DNA of 62,342 bases, the filler included, from Stramenopiles sp. TOSAG23-6 (taxonomy: Eukaryota), in assembly GCA_900128565.1 (NCBI GenBank). It is 32 parts of 32 records of this genome, joined end to end, with 100 filler letters (N's around TTAATTAATTAA, not from the genome) between each part and the next. Parts side by side here need not be neighbours in the genome. Positions count along the whole stretch, not along the records: positions 35,224 to 37,071 come from LT638527.1; positions 37,172 to 39,019 come from LT638528.1; positions 39,120 to 40,967 come from LT638529.1; positions 41,068 to 42,915 come from LT638530.1; positions 43,016 to 44,863 come from LT638531.1; positions 44,964 to 46,811 come from LT638532.1; positions 46,912 to 48,758 come from LT638533.1; positions 48,859 to 50,705 come from LT638534.1; 24 more parts are not named here. One strand, written 5' to 3'. The translations under genes and the position numbers were made by a program. Numbering within the stretch: position 1 is the first letter of the stretch; each line of letters opens with the position of its first letter. Shown here in pieces: positions 36,101 through 49,660 of this stretch. The notes below the pieces were generated by a model. The model was not told where the DNA came from and searched no databases. It was given only the letters and a program-made list of their open reading frames with translations.

Positions 36101-39100
36101 CAAACACGAAAACACGAAATCCAAGATTCAAAAGTTTTGTAACTTTGTAACGCTGTAACGTTTTCTCTCTCTCCCTCTCTCTCGCTGTTATATTAAAATC
36201 TTTCTGTGTATAATACGGAATCAAACCAAATTTTTAGCATTGTGCAATGGGTCTCACACAATCTTTGACATCACCATTTAAACGGATTCAAGCGTATACA
36301 CTCCAGGATGCAAAGGATTTGCGAGAGAGATACCGTGACAGTGACCTTGATTTTGGGATAAACGCTTCGGAACTCGCAACACTTTTGGAGTCAAAAGACA
36401 TTGAAGAGGCGAAACGCATGATCTTTGCTTTTACAGACAAAGCAATTGTATCTATCATCAATCTGATTGGTGGAGCAATCGTATGTTGCAAAGGTGATTC
36501 CACAGAAAAAATGGCAGAACTATTTGACGTTATTGATTTTGATTCTGATGGGAAAATTTCCAAGGACGAGCTCGCATGTCTTTTAATTGCAACACAGTCC
36601 GGTGTTAGCAAGTTAACAGGAAAAGGTCGTTTAAACACTAATGAAGAAGTAAACATATATATAAAAGAAGCATTTGAAGACGTTGGTACACAAAAAGATG
36701 CAAAGTTGCCTAAAGATTCGTTTATTAAATGGATGAAAACAAAAGTTTCCGCCAATGCAAGTGTAGATTCAGTTCAAAGAGCGTTTGGTTGTAGCGAGAC
36801 AAAGGAATCAGAAAATAAATTTATGGACAAAGAAGACTCAGTGGAAAAGGTCAACGAAAACACAGATAACAATGTAGAAAATGTAGATGAAAAAGTAACT
36901 AATCAAAAAGATGAAGAAGTTTTGTTAGATGAGGAAAAGGGAGAGGAAGAAACCAAGCCAAAGAATGAAAAAATTGACAAAACGGAAAACGAAAAAACTC
37001 CTGAAGTAAAAGTAGAAGAAGCACCAAAGGTGGATGAAGCTGTTGAAAAACCTGAAGAAGTAGAAGCACCANNNNNNNNNNNNNNNNNNNNNNNNNNNNN
37101 NNNNNNNNNNNNNNNTTAATTAATTAANNNNNNNNNNNNNNNNNNNNNNNNNNNNNNNNNNNNNNNNNNNNCATGCCCAGCAAATCATTATTGTCTTGTT
37201 GGTAAAGTCTGTAGTGCTACAGCAAAGGAATCAAAAAAGAAGATCATTGAAGCAAATATCAAAGCAGTATTTACCGATAAACAATATGATCCAAACGATC
37301 AAAAAGTTCTTGGTCAAATTGCACAGATCATTGTGGATGAAGTAAAATTGAAAGGTCTTAGTGTTAAGGATGGTTCTGATGGAATTAGTTTTGGCCCAGG
37401 ATCAATAGTTGCTCGTTTTATTGTTCAACAAGAAGTGAATCTAGATGAAGAAGTTATACCTACAAAAGAAGATGTGCAGAAGACATTAAAGAATGAATTA
37501 GATTCCGCATCTGCTAAAGAGAAGTTTGAGGCTGTTGGATTTTCTTCACCGAGTGTGGCGGTAACAAACTATAATATTACTGAAAAAGTTCTTACGCCAA
37601 ATGATGGTGATATCAACACTAATCATATTTCTCATGCTTCCCTGAATTGTAATATAATCAGTCCTTTCATAGCGGCTTTAATTATGTTTAATATGTTATT
37701 TATACAATATATTTAGTATGTAAATATAGTGTAAAATATATCAAAAGAGATATTNGTTTTATTGAGATTGAGTGAAATATATCAAACGTTATCCTATATN
37801 TTNTTTNTTANTTTTTTTNTTTTTTTTGTTTTTAACTTGTTGATTTTTTTGTAATATATTCTTTTCATTACTTTTTTTGTAATATATTCTCGAATTCTTT
37901 TTCTTCGCAACCATTTAACAAAATGGAATGCTTTGATATAACCACAAATGTACTAGTAATGATATTATACATTATGTCCTCTCGGGATCTCAGATCTCTC
38001 TACTCTAAAATGTTATAAAATGTTACATTCGCGAGTTAAACATTATTTCAAACACGAAAACACGAAATCCAAGATTCAAAAGTTTTGTAACTTTGNANCG
38101 CTGTAACGTTTTCTCTCTCTCCCTCTCTCTCGCTGTTATATTAAAATCTTTCTGTGTATAATACGGAATCAAACCAAATTTTTAGCATTGTGCAATGGGT
38201 CTCACACAATCTTTGACATCACCATTTAAACGGATTCAAGCGTATACACTCCAGGATGCAAAGGATTTGCGAGAGAGATACCGTGACAGTGACCTTGATT
38301 TTGGGATAAACGCTTCGGAACTCGCAACACTTTTGGAGTCAAAAGACATTGAAGAGGCGAAACGCATGATCTTTGCTTTTACAGACAAAGCAATTGTATC
38401 TATCATCAATCTGATTGGTGGAGCAATCGTATGTTGCAAAGGTGATTCCACAGAAAAAATGGCAGAACTATTTGACGTTATTGATTTTGATTCTGATGGG
38501 AAAATTTCCAAGGACGAGCTCGCATGTCTTTTAATTGCAACACAGTCCGGTGTTAGCAAGTTAACAGGAAAAGGTCGTTTAAACACTAATGAAGAAGTAA
38601 ACATATATATAAAAGAAGCATTTGAAGACGTTGGTACACAAAAAGATGCAAAGTTGCCTAAAGATTCGTTTATTAAATGGATGAAAACAAAAGTTTCCGC
38701 CAATGCAAGTGTAGATTCAGTTCAAAGAGCGTTTGGTTGTAGCGAGACAAAGGAATCAGAAAATAAATTTATGGACAAAGAAGACTCAGTGGAAAAGGTC
38801 AACGAAAACACAGATAACAATGTAGAAAATGTAGATGAAAAAGTAACTAATCAAAAAGATGAAGAAGTTTTGTTAGATGAGGAAAAGGGAGAGGAAGAAA
38901 CCAAGCCAAAGAATGAAAAAATTGACAAAACGGAAAACGAAAAAACTCCTGAAGTAAAAGTAGAAGAAGCACCAAAGGTGGATGAAGCTGTTGAAAAACC
39001 TGAAGAAGTAGAAGCACCANNNNNNNNNNNNNNNNNNNNNNNNNNNNNNNNNNNNNNNNNNNNTTAATTAATTAANNNNNNNNNNNNNNNNNNNNNNNNN

Positions 39101-42100
39101 NNNNNNNNNNNNNNNNNNNCATGCCCAGCAAATCATTATTGTCTTGTTGGTAAAGTCTGTAGTGCTACAGCAAAGGAATCAAAAAAGAAGATCATTGAAG
39201 CAAATATCAAAGCAGTATTTACCGATAAACAATATGATCCAAACGATCAAAAAGTTCTTGGTCAAATTGCACAGATCATTGTGGATGAAGTAAAATTGAA
39301 AGGTCTTAGTGTTAAGGATGGTTCTGATGGAATTAGTTTTGGCCCAGGATCAATAGTTGCTCGTTTTATTGTTCAACAAGAAGTGAATCTAGATGAAGAA
39401 GTTATACCTACAAAAGAAGATGTGCAGAAGACATTAAAGAATGAATTAGATTCCGCATCTGCTAAAGAGAAGTTTGAGGCTGTTGGATTTTCTTCACCGA
39501 GTGTGGCGGTAACAAACTATAATATTACTGAAAAAGTTCTTACGCCAAATGATGGTGATATCAACACTAATCATATTTCTCATGCTTCCCTGAATTGTAA
39601 TATAATCAGTCCTTTCATAGCGGCTTTAATTATGTTTAATATGTTATTTATACAATATATTTAGTATGTAAATATAGTGTAAAATATATCAAAAGAGATA
39701 TTNGTTTTATTGAGATTGAGTGAAATATATCAAACGTTATCCTATATNTTNTTTNTTANTTTTTTTNTTTTTTTTGTTTTTAACTTGTTGATTTTTTTGT
39801 AATATATTCTTTTCATTACTTTTTTTGTAATATATTCTCGAATTCTTTTTCTTCGCAACCATTTAACAAAATGGAATGCTTTGATATAACCACAAATGTA
39901 CTAGTAATGATATTATACATTATGTCCTCTCGGGATCTCAGATCTCTCTACTCTAAAATGTTATAAAATGTTACATTCGCGAGTTAAACATTATTTCAAA
40001 CACGAAAACACGAAATCCAAGATTCAAAAGTTTTGTAACTTTGNANCGCTGTAACGTTTTCTCTCTCTCCCTCTCTCTCGCTGTTATATTAAAATCTTTC
40101 TGTGTATAATACGGAATCAAACCAAATTTTTAGCATTGTGCAATGGGTCTCACACAATCTTTGACATCACCATTTAAACGGATTCAAGCGTATACACTCC
40201 AGGATGCAAAGGATTTGCGAGAGAGATACCGTGACAGTGACCTTGATTTTGGGATAAACGCTTCGGAACTCGCAACACTTTTGGAGTCAAAAGACATTGA
40301 AGAGGCGAAACGCATGATCTTTGCTTTTACAGACAAAGCAATTGTATCTATCATCAATCTGATTGGTGGAGCAATCGTATGTTGCAAAGGTGATTCCACA
40401 GAAAAAATGGCAGAACTATTTGACGTTATTGATTTTGATTCTGATGGGAAAATTTCCAAGGACGAGCTCGCATGTCTTTTAATTGCAACACAGTCCGGTG
40501 TTAGCAAGTTAACAGGAAAAGGTCGTTTAAACACTAATGAAGAAGTAAACATATATATAAAAGAAGCATTTGAAGACGTTGGTACACAAAAAGATGCAAA
40601 GTTGCCTAAAGATTCGTTTATTAAATGGATGAAAACAAAAGTTTCCGCCAATGCAAGTGTAGATTCAGTTCAAAGAGCGTTTGGTTGTAGCGAGACAAAG
40701 GAATCAGAAAATAAATTTATGGACAAAGAAGACTCAGTGGAAAAGGTCAACGAAAACACAGATAACAATGTAGAAAATGTAGATGAAAAAGTAACTAATC
40801 AAAAAGATGAAGAAGTTTTGTTAGATGAGGAAAAGGGAGAGGAAGAAACCAAGCCAAAGAATGAAAAAATTGACAAAACGGAAAACGAAAAAACTCCTGA
40901 AGTAAAAGTAGAAGAAGCACCAAAGGTGGATGAAGCTGTTGAAAAACCTGAAGAAGTAGAAGCACCANNNNNNNNNNNNNNNNNNNNNNNNNNNNNNNNN
41001 NNNNNNNNNNNTTAATTAATTAANNNNNNNNNNNNNNNNNNNNNNNNNNNNNNNNNNNNNNNNNNNNCATGCCCAGCAAATCATTATTGTCTTGTTGGTA
41101 AAGTCTGTAGTGCTACAGCAAAGGAATCAAAAAAGAAGATCATTGAAGCAAATATCAAAGCAGTATTTACCGATAAACAATATGATCCAAACGATCAAAA
41201 AGTTCTTGGTCAAATTGCACAGATCATTGTGGATGAAGTAAAATTGAAAGGTCTTAGTGTTAAGGATGGTTCTGATGGAATTAGTTTTGGCCCAGGATCA
41301 ATAGTTGCTCGTTTTATTGTTCAACAAGAAGTGAATCTAGATGAAGAAGTTATACCTACAAAAGAAGATGTGCAGAAGACATTAAAGAATGAATTAGATT
41401 CCGCATCTGCTAAAGAGAAGTTTGAGGCTGTTGGATTTTCTTCACCGAGTGTGGCGGTAACAAACTATAATATTACTGAAAAAGTTCTTACGCCAAATGA
41501 TGGTGATATCAACACTAATCATATTTCTCATGCTTCCCTGAATTGTAATATAATCAGTCCTTTCATAGCGGCTTTAATTATGTTTAATATGTTATTTATA
41601 CAATATATTTAGTATGTAAATATAGTGTAAAATATATCAAAAGAGATATTNGTTTTATTGAGATTGAGTGAAATATATCAAACGTTATCCTATATNTTNT
41701 TTNTTANTTTTTTTNTTTTTTTTGNTTTTAACNTGTTGATTTTTTTGTAATATATTCTTTTCATTNCTTTTTTTGTAATATATTCTCGAATTCTTTTTCT
41801 TCGCAACCATTTAACAAAATGGAATGCTTTGATATAACCACAAATGTACTAGTAATGATATTATACATTATGTCCTCTCGGGATCTCAGATCTCTCTACT
41901 CTAAAATGTTATAAAATGTTACATTCGCGAGTTAAACATTATTTCAAACACGAAAACACGAAATCCAAGATTCAAAAGTTTTGTAACTTTGNANCGCTGT
42001 AACGTTTTCTCTCTCTCCCTCNCTCTCGCTGTTATATTAAAATCTTTCTGTGTATAATACGGAATCAAACCAAATTTTTAGCATTGTGCAATGGGTCTCA

Positions 42101-44963
42101 CACAATCTTTGACATCACCATTTAAACGGATTCAAGCGTATACACTCCAGGATGCAAAGGATTTGCGAGAGAGATACCGTGACAGTGACCTTGATTTTGG
42201 GATAAACGCTTCGGAACTCGCAACACTTTTGGAGTCAAAAGACATTGAAGAGGCGAAACGCATGATCTTTGCTTTTACAGACAAAGCAATTGTATCTATC
42301 ATCAATCTGATTGGTGGAGCAATCGTATGTTGCAAAGGTGATTCCACAGAAAAAATNGCAGAACTATTTGACGTTATTGATTTTGATTCTGATGGGAAAA
42401 TTTCCAAGGACGAGCTCGCATGTCTTTTAATTGCAACACAGTCCGGTGTTAGCAAGTTAACAGGAAAAGGTCGTTTAAACACTAATGAAGAAGTAAACAT
42501 ATATATAAAAGAAGCATTTGAAGACGTTGGTACACAAAAAGATGCAAAGTTGCCTAAAGATTCGTTTATTAAATGGATGAAAACAAAAGTTTCCGCCAAT
42601 GCAAGTGTAGATTCAGTTCAAAGAGCGTTTGGTTGTAGCGAGACAAAGGAATCAGAAAATAAATTTATGGACAAAGAAGACTCAGTGGAAAAGGTCAACG
42701 AAAACACAGATAACAATGTAGAAAATGTAGATGAAAAAGTAACTAATCAAAAAGATGAAGAAGTTTTGTTAGATGAGGAAAAGGGAGAGGAAGAAACCAA
42801 GCCAAAGAATGAAAAAATTGACAAAACGGAAAACGAAAAAACTCCTGAAGTAAAAGTAGAAGAAGCACCAAAGGTGGATGAAGCTGTTGAAAAACCTGAA
42901 GAAGTAGAAGCACCANNNNNNNNNNNNNNNNNNNNNNNNNNNNNNNNNNNNNNNNNNNNTTAATTAATTAANNNNNNNNNNNNNNNNNNNNNNNNNNNNN
43001 NNNNNNNNNNNNNNNCATGCCCAGCAAATCATTATTGTCTTGTTGGTAAAGTCTGTAGTGCTACAGCAAAGGAATCAAAAAAGAAGATCATTGAAGCAAA
43101 TATCAAAGCAGTATTTACCGATAAACAATATGATCCAAACGATCAAAAAGTTCTTGGTCAAATTGCACAGATCATTGTGGATGAAGTAAAATTGAAAGGT
43201 CTTAGTGTTAAGGATGGTTCTGATGGAATTAGTTTTGGCCCAGGATCAATAGTTGCTCGTTTTATTGTTCAACAAGAAGTGAATCTAGATGAAGAAGTTA
43301 TACCTACAAAAGAAGATGTGCAGAAGACATTAAAGAATGAATTAGATTCCGCATCTGCTAAAGAGAAGTTTGAGGCTGTTGGATTTTCTTCACCGAGTGT
43401 GGCGGTAACAAACTATAATATTACTGAAAAAGTTCTTACGCCAAATGATGGTGATATCAACACTAATCATATTTCTCATGCTTCCCTGAATTGTAATATA
43501 ATCAGTCCTTTCATAGCGGCTTTAATTATGTTTAATATGTTATTTATACAATATATTTAGTATGTAAATATAGTGTAAAATATATCAAAAGAGATATTNG
43601 TTTTATTGAGATTGAGTGAAATATATCAAACGTTATCCTATATNTTNTTTNTTANTTTTTTTNTTTTTTTTGTTTTTAACTTGTTGATTTTTTTGTAATA
43701 TATTCTTTTCATTACTTTTTTTGTAATATATTCTCGAATTCTTTTTCTTCGCAACCATTTAACAAAATGGAATGCTTTGATATAACCACAAATGTACTAG
43801 TAATGATATTATACATTATGTCCTCTCGGGATCTCAGATCTCTCTACTCTAAAATGTTATAAAATGTTACATTCGCGAGTTAAACATTATTTCAAACACG
43901 AAAACACGAAATCCAAGATTCAAAAGTTTTGTAACTTTGNANCGCTGTAACGTTTTCTCTCTCTCCCTCTCTCTCGCTGTTATATTAAAATCTTTCTGTG
44001 TATAATACGGAATCAAACCAAATTTTTAGCATTGTGCAATGGGTCTCACACAATCTTTGACATCACCATTTAAACGGATTCAAGCGTATACACTCCAGGA
44101 TGCAAAGGATTTGCGAGAGAGATACCGTGACAGTGACCTTGATTTTGGGATAAACGCTTCGGAACTCGCAACACTTTTGGAGTCAAAAGACATTGAAGAG
44201 GCGAAACGCATGATCTTTGCTTTTACAGACAAAGCAATTGTATCTATCATCAATCTGATTGGTGGAGCAATCGTATGTTGCAAAGGTGATTCCACAGAAA
44301 AAATGGCAGAACTATTTGACGTTATTGATTTTGATTCTGATGGGAAAATTTCCAAGGACGAGCTCGCATGTCTTTTAATTGCAACACAGTCCGGTGTTAG
44401 CAAGTTAACAGGAAAAGGTCGTTTAAACACTAATGAAGAAGTAAACATATATATAAAAGAAGCATTTGAAGACGTTGGTACACAAAAAGATGCAAAGTTG
44501 CCTAAAGATTCGTTTATTAAATGGATGAAAACAAAAGTTTCCGCCAATGCAAGTGTAGATTCAGTTCAAAGAGCGTTTGGTTGTAGCGAGACAAAGGAAT
44601 CAGAAAATAAATTTATGGACAAAGAAGACTCAGTGGAAAAGGTCAACGAAAACACAGATAACAATGTAGAAAATGTAGATGAAAAAGTAACTAATCAAAA
44701 AGATGAAGAAGTTTTGTTAGATGAGGAAAAGGGAGAGGAAGAAACCAAGCCAAAGAATGAAAAAATTGACAAAACGGAAAACGAAAAAACTCCTGAAGTA
44801 AAAGTAGAAGAAGCACCAAAGGTGGATGAAGCTGTTGAAAAACCTGAAGAAGTAGAAGCACCANNNNNNNNNNNNNNNNNNNNNNNNNNNNNNNNNNNNN
44901 NNNNNNNTTAATTAATTAANNNNNNNNNNNNNNNNNNNNNNNNNNNNNNNNNNNNNNNNNNNN

Positions 44964-46320
44964 GTGGAAAATCACACCAAGAACGATATTTGCAACTATT
45001 GTGTGGTAAAGATGAAAATGGTGAAAACAAAGATGAAGATGCAAGTAGTGATGATAGTGAAGAATCAGATATTGATGAAACTGATCGTAATCCTCTGTTA
45101 GAAACTAGTAATTTTGTGGGACAAAACCCTTCATCTCGTGCAAATCGTTGGTTTAGTAATGCAATTTTTGATGATTTAGATGATGATAATGACGATGAAA
45201 ACAAAACTGTTATCAAGAACGCCAAGGTAAATGCAGACTCTCAACAAAAGCAATCAGAAAAAATCTCAGCTGTAGAACGAATTTCCAACGAACTTGCTTC
45301 ACTTCCAAAAAGTAACGGAAAAGAGACGAAGGTCGAGAAAAGCGCGATTCTAAAGGTTTTACTGTTATTGCGCGGGAACAAGATGATGATAATAATATAA
45401 CTGATAATATTATAGATGAAACAAAAACTGATTTGTCTACAAGATTTGGTCGTCGTCGAGCTCGTGATGCCCTAGAATTAAAAGAAAGTATTGCGCGTCA
45501 AGCTGCAAATGAAGCTCTTATTCGTGCCGGCATGGGTGCTAAAATCGATAAATCTACAGTACTAGCTTCTCAAGCTGCATATAATAGTGATTCTTCTGAC
45601 GATGAAGATGAGCGAGAACGCAAACGGGTAAAAGTTGTTTCTGGTTTCGAAGTGGTAAAAAGTAAAGTGTCTGATGCAACTCAGAAAGCTCTAGATTATT
45701 TTGATGACATCGAAGTCGGTTCTACTGAACATGCGAGGACATTGGCCATGGGTGAAATAATGCTCAAACATAGTAAAGCTAAAGATCTTCTCGATGGTAC
45801 ATATAATCGATTTGCTTTTGATGATCCCGAAGGACTGCCAAGTTGGTTTGTTGATGACGAAAATCAACATAATAGACCTCAGTTGCCAGTAACACGTGAA
45901 ATGGTTGAAAAGATTAAAGCACGTTATGTCGATCTTGCAAATAAACCTATTAAAAAGGTTGCCGAGGCACGTGCAAGAAAACGGTTCAAGGCAGTGCAGA
46001 GGATGAAAAAAGCTAAACAAAGAGCCGAGGCAATTGTTAATAATGATGATTTATCTGCAGTATCCAAGATGAATGCGATTCGTAAGGCGATGAAAAAAGC
46101 AGAAGTAAAGAAACCTGGGAAATGTTATGTTGTTAATGCTGGTAAAGGACGTAAAGCTAAAGGTGGTAGAGGTTCTAAATATGCTACACGAGTCGTGGAT
46201 AAACGTTCAAAAAATGACAAACGTGCAACGAAACGAAATCTGGACGGAAAACACAAGACGAATAATCGTGGTAAAAATCAAAAAAGAAAATCTAGTCATA
46301 AAAAAAGACGTCGTAAATAA
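44964..46320 (+). CDS. SPB1: SPB1/FTSJ3 rRNA methyltransferase, C-terminal part; frameshift near 45310
   Basis: YNRFAFDDPEGLPSWFVDDENQHNRPQLPVT..PIKKVAEARARKR..VVDKRSKND motifs. Confidence 0.92.
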
Positions 46321-46911
46321 GTCACATATAATTTTAAATATTAGCAATATGGTGTATTATAAAATTAACACATTATACATATCTATTAGGATTTTGTAAT
46401 ATATATATTTCATGTAATAAACTAGTTCAGATTTAGCATTAAATTTTTTTAAAACATTTTTTCGTACGAATATTTGTACGTAACAAATTTAACAAAAAAA
46501 AACGATTGTAAGATTTTATTGATTTAATTCAGCCCTACCTATTTGACTTTTAAATACTACTAATAATTATTAATTTTAAGTATTGTGTGAGATTTTATTG
46601 ATTTTAATTTAGCCCTATTTGACTTCTAAAAAAACACGACTAATAACTTAGTGTTGTACATATTATGAAATTCCATACAAAAACATTTTTGGAATACTTC
46701 TTGTTATTGTCACTGTTTTTTTTTGTCGATACTATTTTGTAACTATGATTATGCAACATTTGCTGATGTTGTTGATGTGGCGATCATTCGACGGCCTTTA
46801 TTGACGTATTTNNNNNNNNNNNNNNNNNNNNNNNNNNNNNNNNNNNNNNNNNNNNTTAATTAATTAANNNNNNNNNNNNNNNNNNNNNNNNNNNNNNNNN
46901 NNNNNNNNNNN

Positions 46912-47430
46912 CAGAAAGATTCAGTGATGAATGCTACAACAGTAAATAATACAGCTAATGGGCCAGTGACAAATAATATTACTCAAAAAGATTCCATAAA
47001 ATCGAAGGAATCACTTATTCGGTATTTGAACATTGTTCCAGTGCCCTCAAAATTTTCACACGAATTTTCTTTAGATAATATTATGAAAATTAAAAGCGGA
47101 AATTCTAATTTAATATTAGTTCTTTCAAGTGTTGAAGATCTTTGTCAACTTTCATTTCATCTTAAACAATCTATGTACGGTATTGATATAGGAAATCAAT
47201 TTGCAAGAATGTCACCAAAAGAATTGAAAATAAAAGCTAAAGAAATGCTTTTTGAAGCGGACTGGGGTAGACAGGAAAACATCACATATCATGAATTTCT
47301 TGAGTGTATAAGTGCAGTTCATGAAAAAGAGCTTCATACTACATTACATATGGATTACAGCAAATACACACACAGGGAATTTAGTCCCGAAATCTTGAGT
47401 GAAAAGGTGGCTGAGATGGACATCGAGTGA
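46912..47430 (+). CDS. C-terminal fragment, possible degenerate EF-hand
   Basis: Open frame from the contig start; EADWGRQENITYHEF. Confidence 0.5.
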   Translation, partial: QKDSVMNATTVNNTANGPVTNNITQKDSIKSKESLIRYLNIVPVPSKFSHEFSLDNIMKIKSGNSNLILVLSSVEDLCQLSFHLKQSMYGIDIGNQFARMSPKELKIKAKEMLFEADWGRQENITYHEFLECISAVHEKELHTTLHMDYSKYTHREFSPEILSEKVAEMDIE

Positions 47431-48120
47431 GAGGAATGTTTCAATTGTAAAACTACAGACTATGAAACGTTGTAATGATAATATCAGACTGTGACAAATT
47501 TTCTGTTATATTTGCCGACATTTGCATAATTGAGAAGCTTAGTCTGCAAAGTCTTTGTTTGAGATTCTTTCTGTCGAGATGATAATAAGGAGTAAAATGA
47601 TATTTGGTGGAAGGGTTTTCAGTATGAGAAAATGACTTCAAATGTACCACTTTTATTCATATATGTTTATCTGCAAATAAAGCATTTATTTATGTATTTA
47701 TGTATGTATCAATTTGTTATTTTTTTTGGATATTTACCAAAGAGAAATTTTTAATTTTATTAAAAATTGGCCATTATCTTGAAATCTTTAGGCAGCCAAA
47801 ACTTGTCCTTGAAACACTAGCGATTTTCTTCACTATATTTTCTAGGAGACTGATATGAATTCGTTTAAGGCTCCTCTATAAAACTAATTTGATTTAGATT
47901 GATTTTTTAGTATAAGAAACGCCCGATTTGGGATATTAATATATTGACACGAAATTAAGATTTCGAGATTGATTTGGATTTGCCATCTTTTTGTAGTAAA
48001 TTTACTACCTTTAAACTTTTCTAATTTAAATGTCTTCAAGTGTTCGGATTTTACTACTACTTTAGGATTAGAGCATAAGATATACCAGAGAACATTTTTG
48101 TTCGACCAAAACTACGGGAT

Positions 48121-48758
48121 ATGTCAGCACCACATCCTCTTCGTCCTGGGGTAACTTCAGAAGCTTGCACTTTTCTTCAGGGTAGTCCTAGCGAGCAACA
48201 CATCTGGCGTGCAGGTTGGAAACGGGCCAATGGCGGTGTCGTACCGCGTGTTGTTTATGCAGTAGTTTGGTTAGATATATGCGCAGTTGGACTCGTCATT
48301 CCTTTACTTTCCTTTTATGCGAGAGATCTTGGGGGTGGTCCTGCATTTGCAGGTGCCCTGTCTTCTGCATATGGTATGATGAATCTTGTTGGGGCTGGTT
48401 TCATGGGTTCTTTCTCTGACACCCACGGCCGCCGTCTTGTCTTGATAATTTCCCTCATGGGAGCAATATCTGGATACTTCATGTTATTTCTAAGTGTATT
48501 TCATTTTAAGTCTTTGGCGATTTTGTTTCTTAGTCGTGTACCTATTGGATTAGCCAAGCAAACAATGACTGCGTCGCGTGCGATAGTATCAGACTGTTCT
48601 TCGGATTCCGACAGAGCTTTAGTTTTATCACGAGTGAGTGTTGCGGCTGGTCTTGGATTTGTTGTTGGTCCGATGTGTGGTGGTATTTTAAGCGCTACAC
48701 TTTCTCCATTTATTTTACCTATTATATCTCGTGGTACAGAAAGTGTTACGACAGAAAT
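48121..48758 (+). CDS. MFS transporter (TetA/SLC22A18-like), N-terminal part
   Basis: MFS motif A (GSFSDTHGRR), motif C (GLGFVVGPMCGG) and TM helices. Confidence 0.88.
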
Positions 48759-48858
48759 NNNNNNNNNNNNNNNNNNNNNNNNNNNNNNNNNNNNNNNNNN
48801 NNTTAATTAATTAANNNNNNNNNNNNNNNNNNNNNNNNNNNNNNNNNNNNNNNNNNNN

Positions 48859-48883
48859 AAAATTTTTATAAAAAAAAAAATTC

Positions 48884-48916
<33 letters not shown>

Positions 48917-49023
48917 GGAAAAAAAAAAAAAAAAAAAAAAAAAAAATCGAATTTATTTTTTCGTACGAAATTTTGTACCTAACAAACTTTTTTATGATTT
49001 TTTTATATTTTTCCAAAATACAT
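48859..49023 (+). other. Non-canonical intron, 3' part, followed by a terminal exon 49024-49091
   Basis: TTCGTACGAAATTTTGTACCTAAC...TTCCAAAATACAT|ATAGATCTGGA...TAA. Confidence 0.8.
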
Positions 49024-49660
49024 ATAGATCTGGATGTTCACTGTATGAAGAAAATCTTGAAGTTCCTATAGAAGCTCATGAATGTGATTAATTATTTTTA
49101 TTATTTCAGCAACATAAAATATAAAAAAGAATTTTTATAATTAGAATTTTAAATTAGTTGGATAGAACTGATTTTTTTTTTTTTTTTTGTAGTTAATTTT
49201 GTACCTAACGATTTTTTTGGCAAAAGTAAAAACAAAATGAGGTCTCCTTTAGGATTCATCACTCATGAAAGACTATTTCTTTGATTCTTTGTCTACTTTA
49301 TCTTCTGTGTTGTTGTATATACGTATCTTTGGATTCCATACCATTTTTTTGTACTTATTTTTTTAGGTATGAAAAAATGGTACGGAATCTTTTTTAANAA
49401 AAAAAAAAAAAAATCGGCAAAAATCCCAAAAATCGCCGAATTGAATCCAAACTTCCGTTACACTTTCTGTCGGCGTTTTTTCGTAGTAAGTAAGTAAGTC
49501 AGTAATATTTTACTTAATATAACTAGTATTCCAAGCACATAGCTACTTTTATTTTCTTATTCTCACTCTAAAAAGTGTGATCTTGGAGCCATTGTTGTGT
49601 TCCTTCCATTGAATATCATACAAACACATTTAAAATCCATTTGAAGTTGAACTCTTTATA

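Larger units (their letters stand above)
17645..44863 (+). repeat. Same ~1.85-kb contig present 8 times (17645, 19604, 33276, 35224, 37172, 39120, 41068, 43016)
   Basis: Identical apart from scattered n calls and 11 extra nt at the end of two copies; each copy is bounded by spacers. The interval also contains unrelated contigs (21563-33175). Confidence 0.95.

Noticed and set aside
33276-44863. Apparent tandem amplification of the EF-hand locus
   Set aside because: The same contig is repeated between spacers and differs only in n calls. True copy number cannot be inferred.
46512-46628. Intergenic ~40-bp imperfect direct repeat
   Set aside because: There are only two copies with no recognisable function, consistent with an ordinary local duplication.
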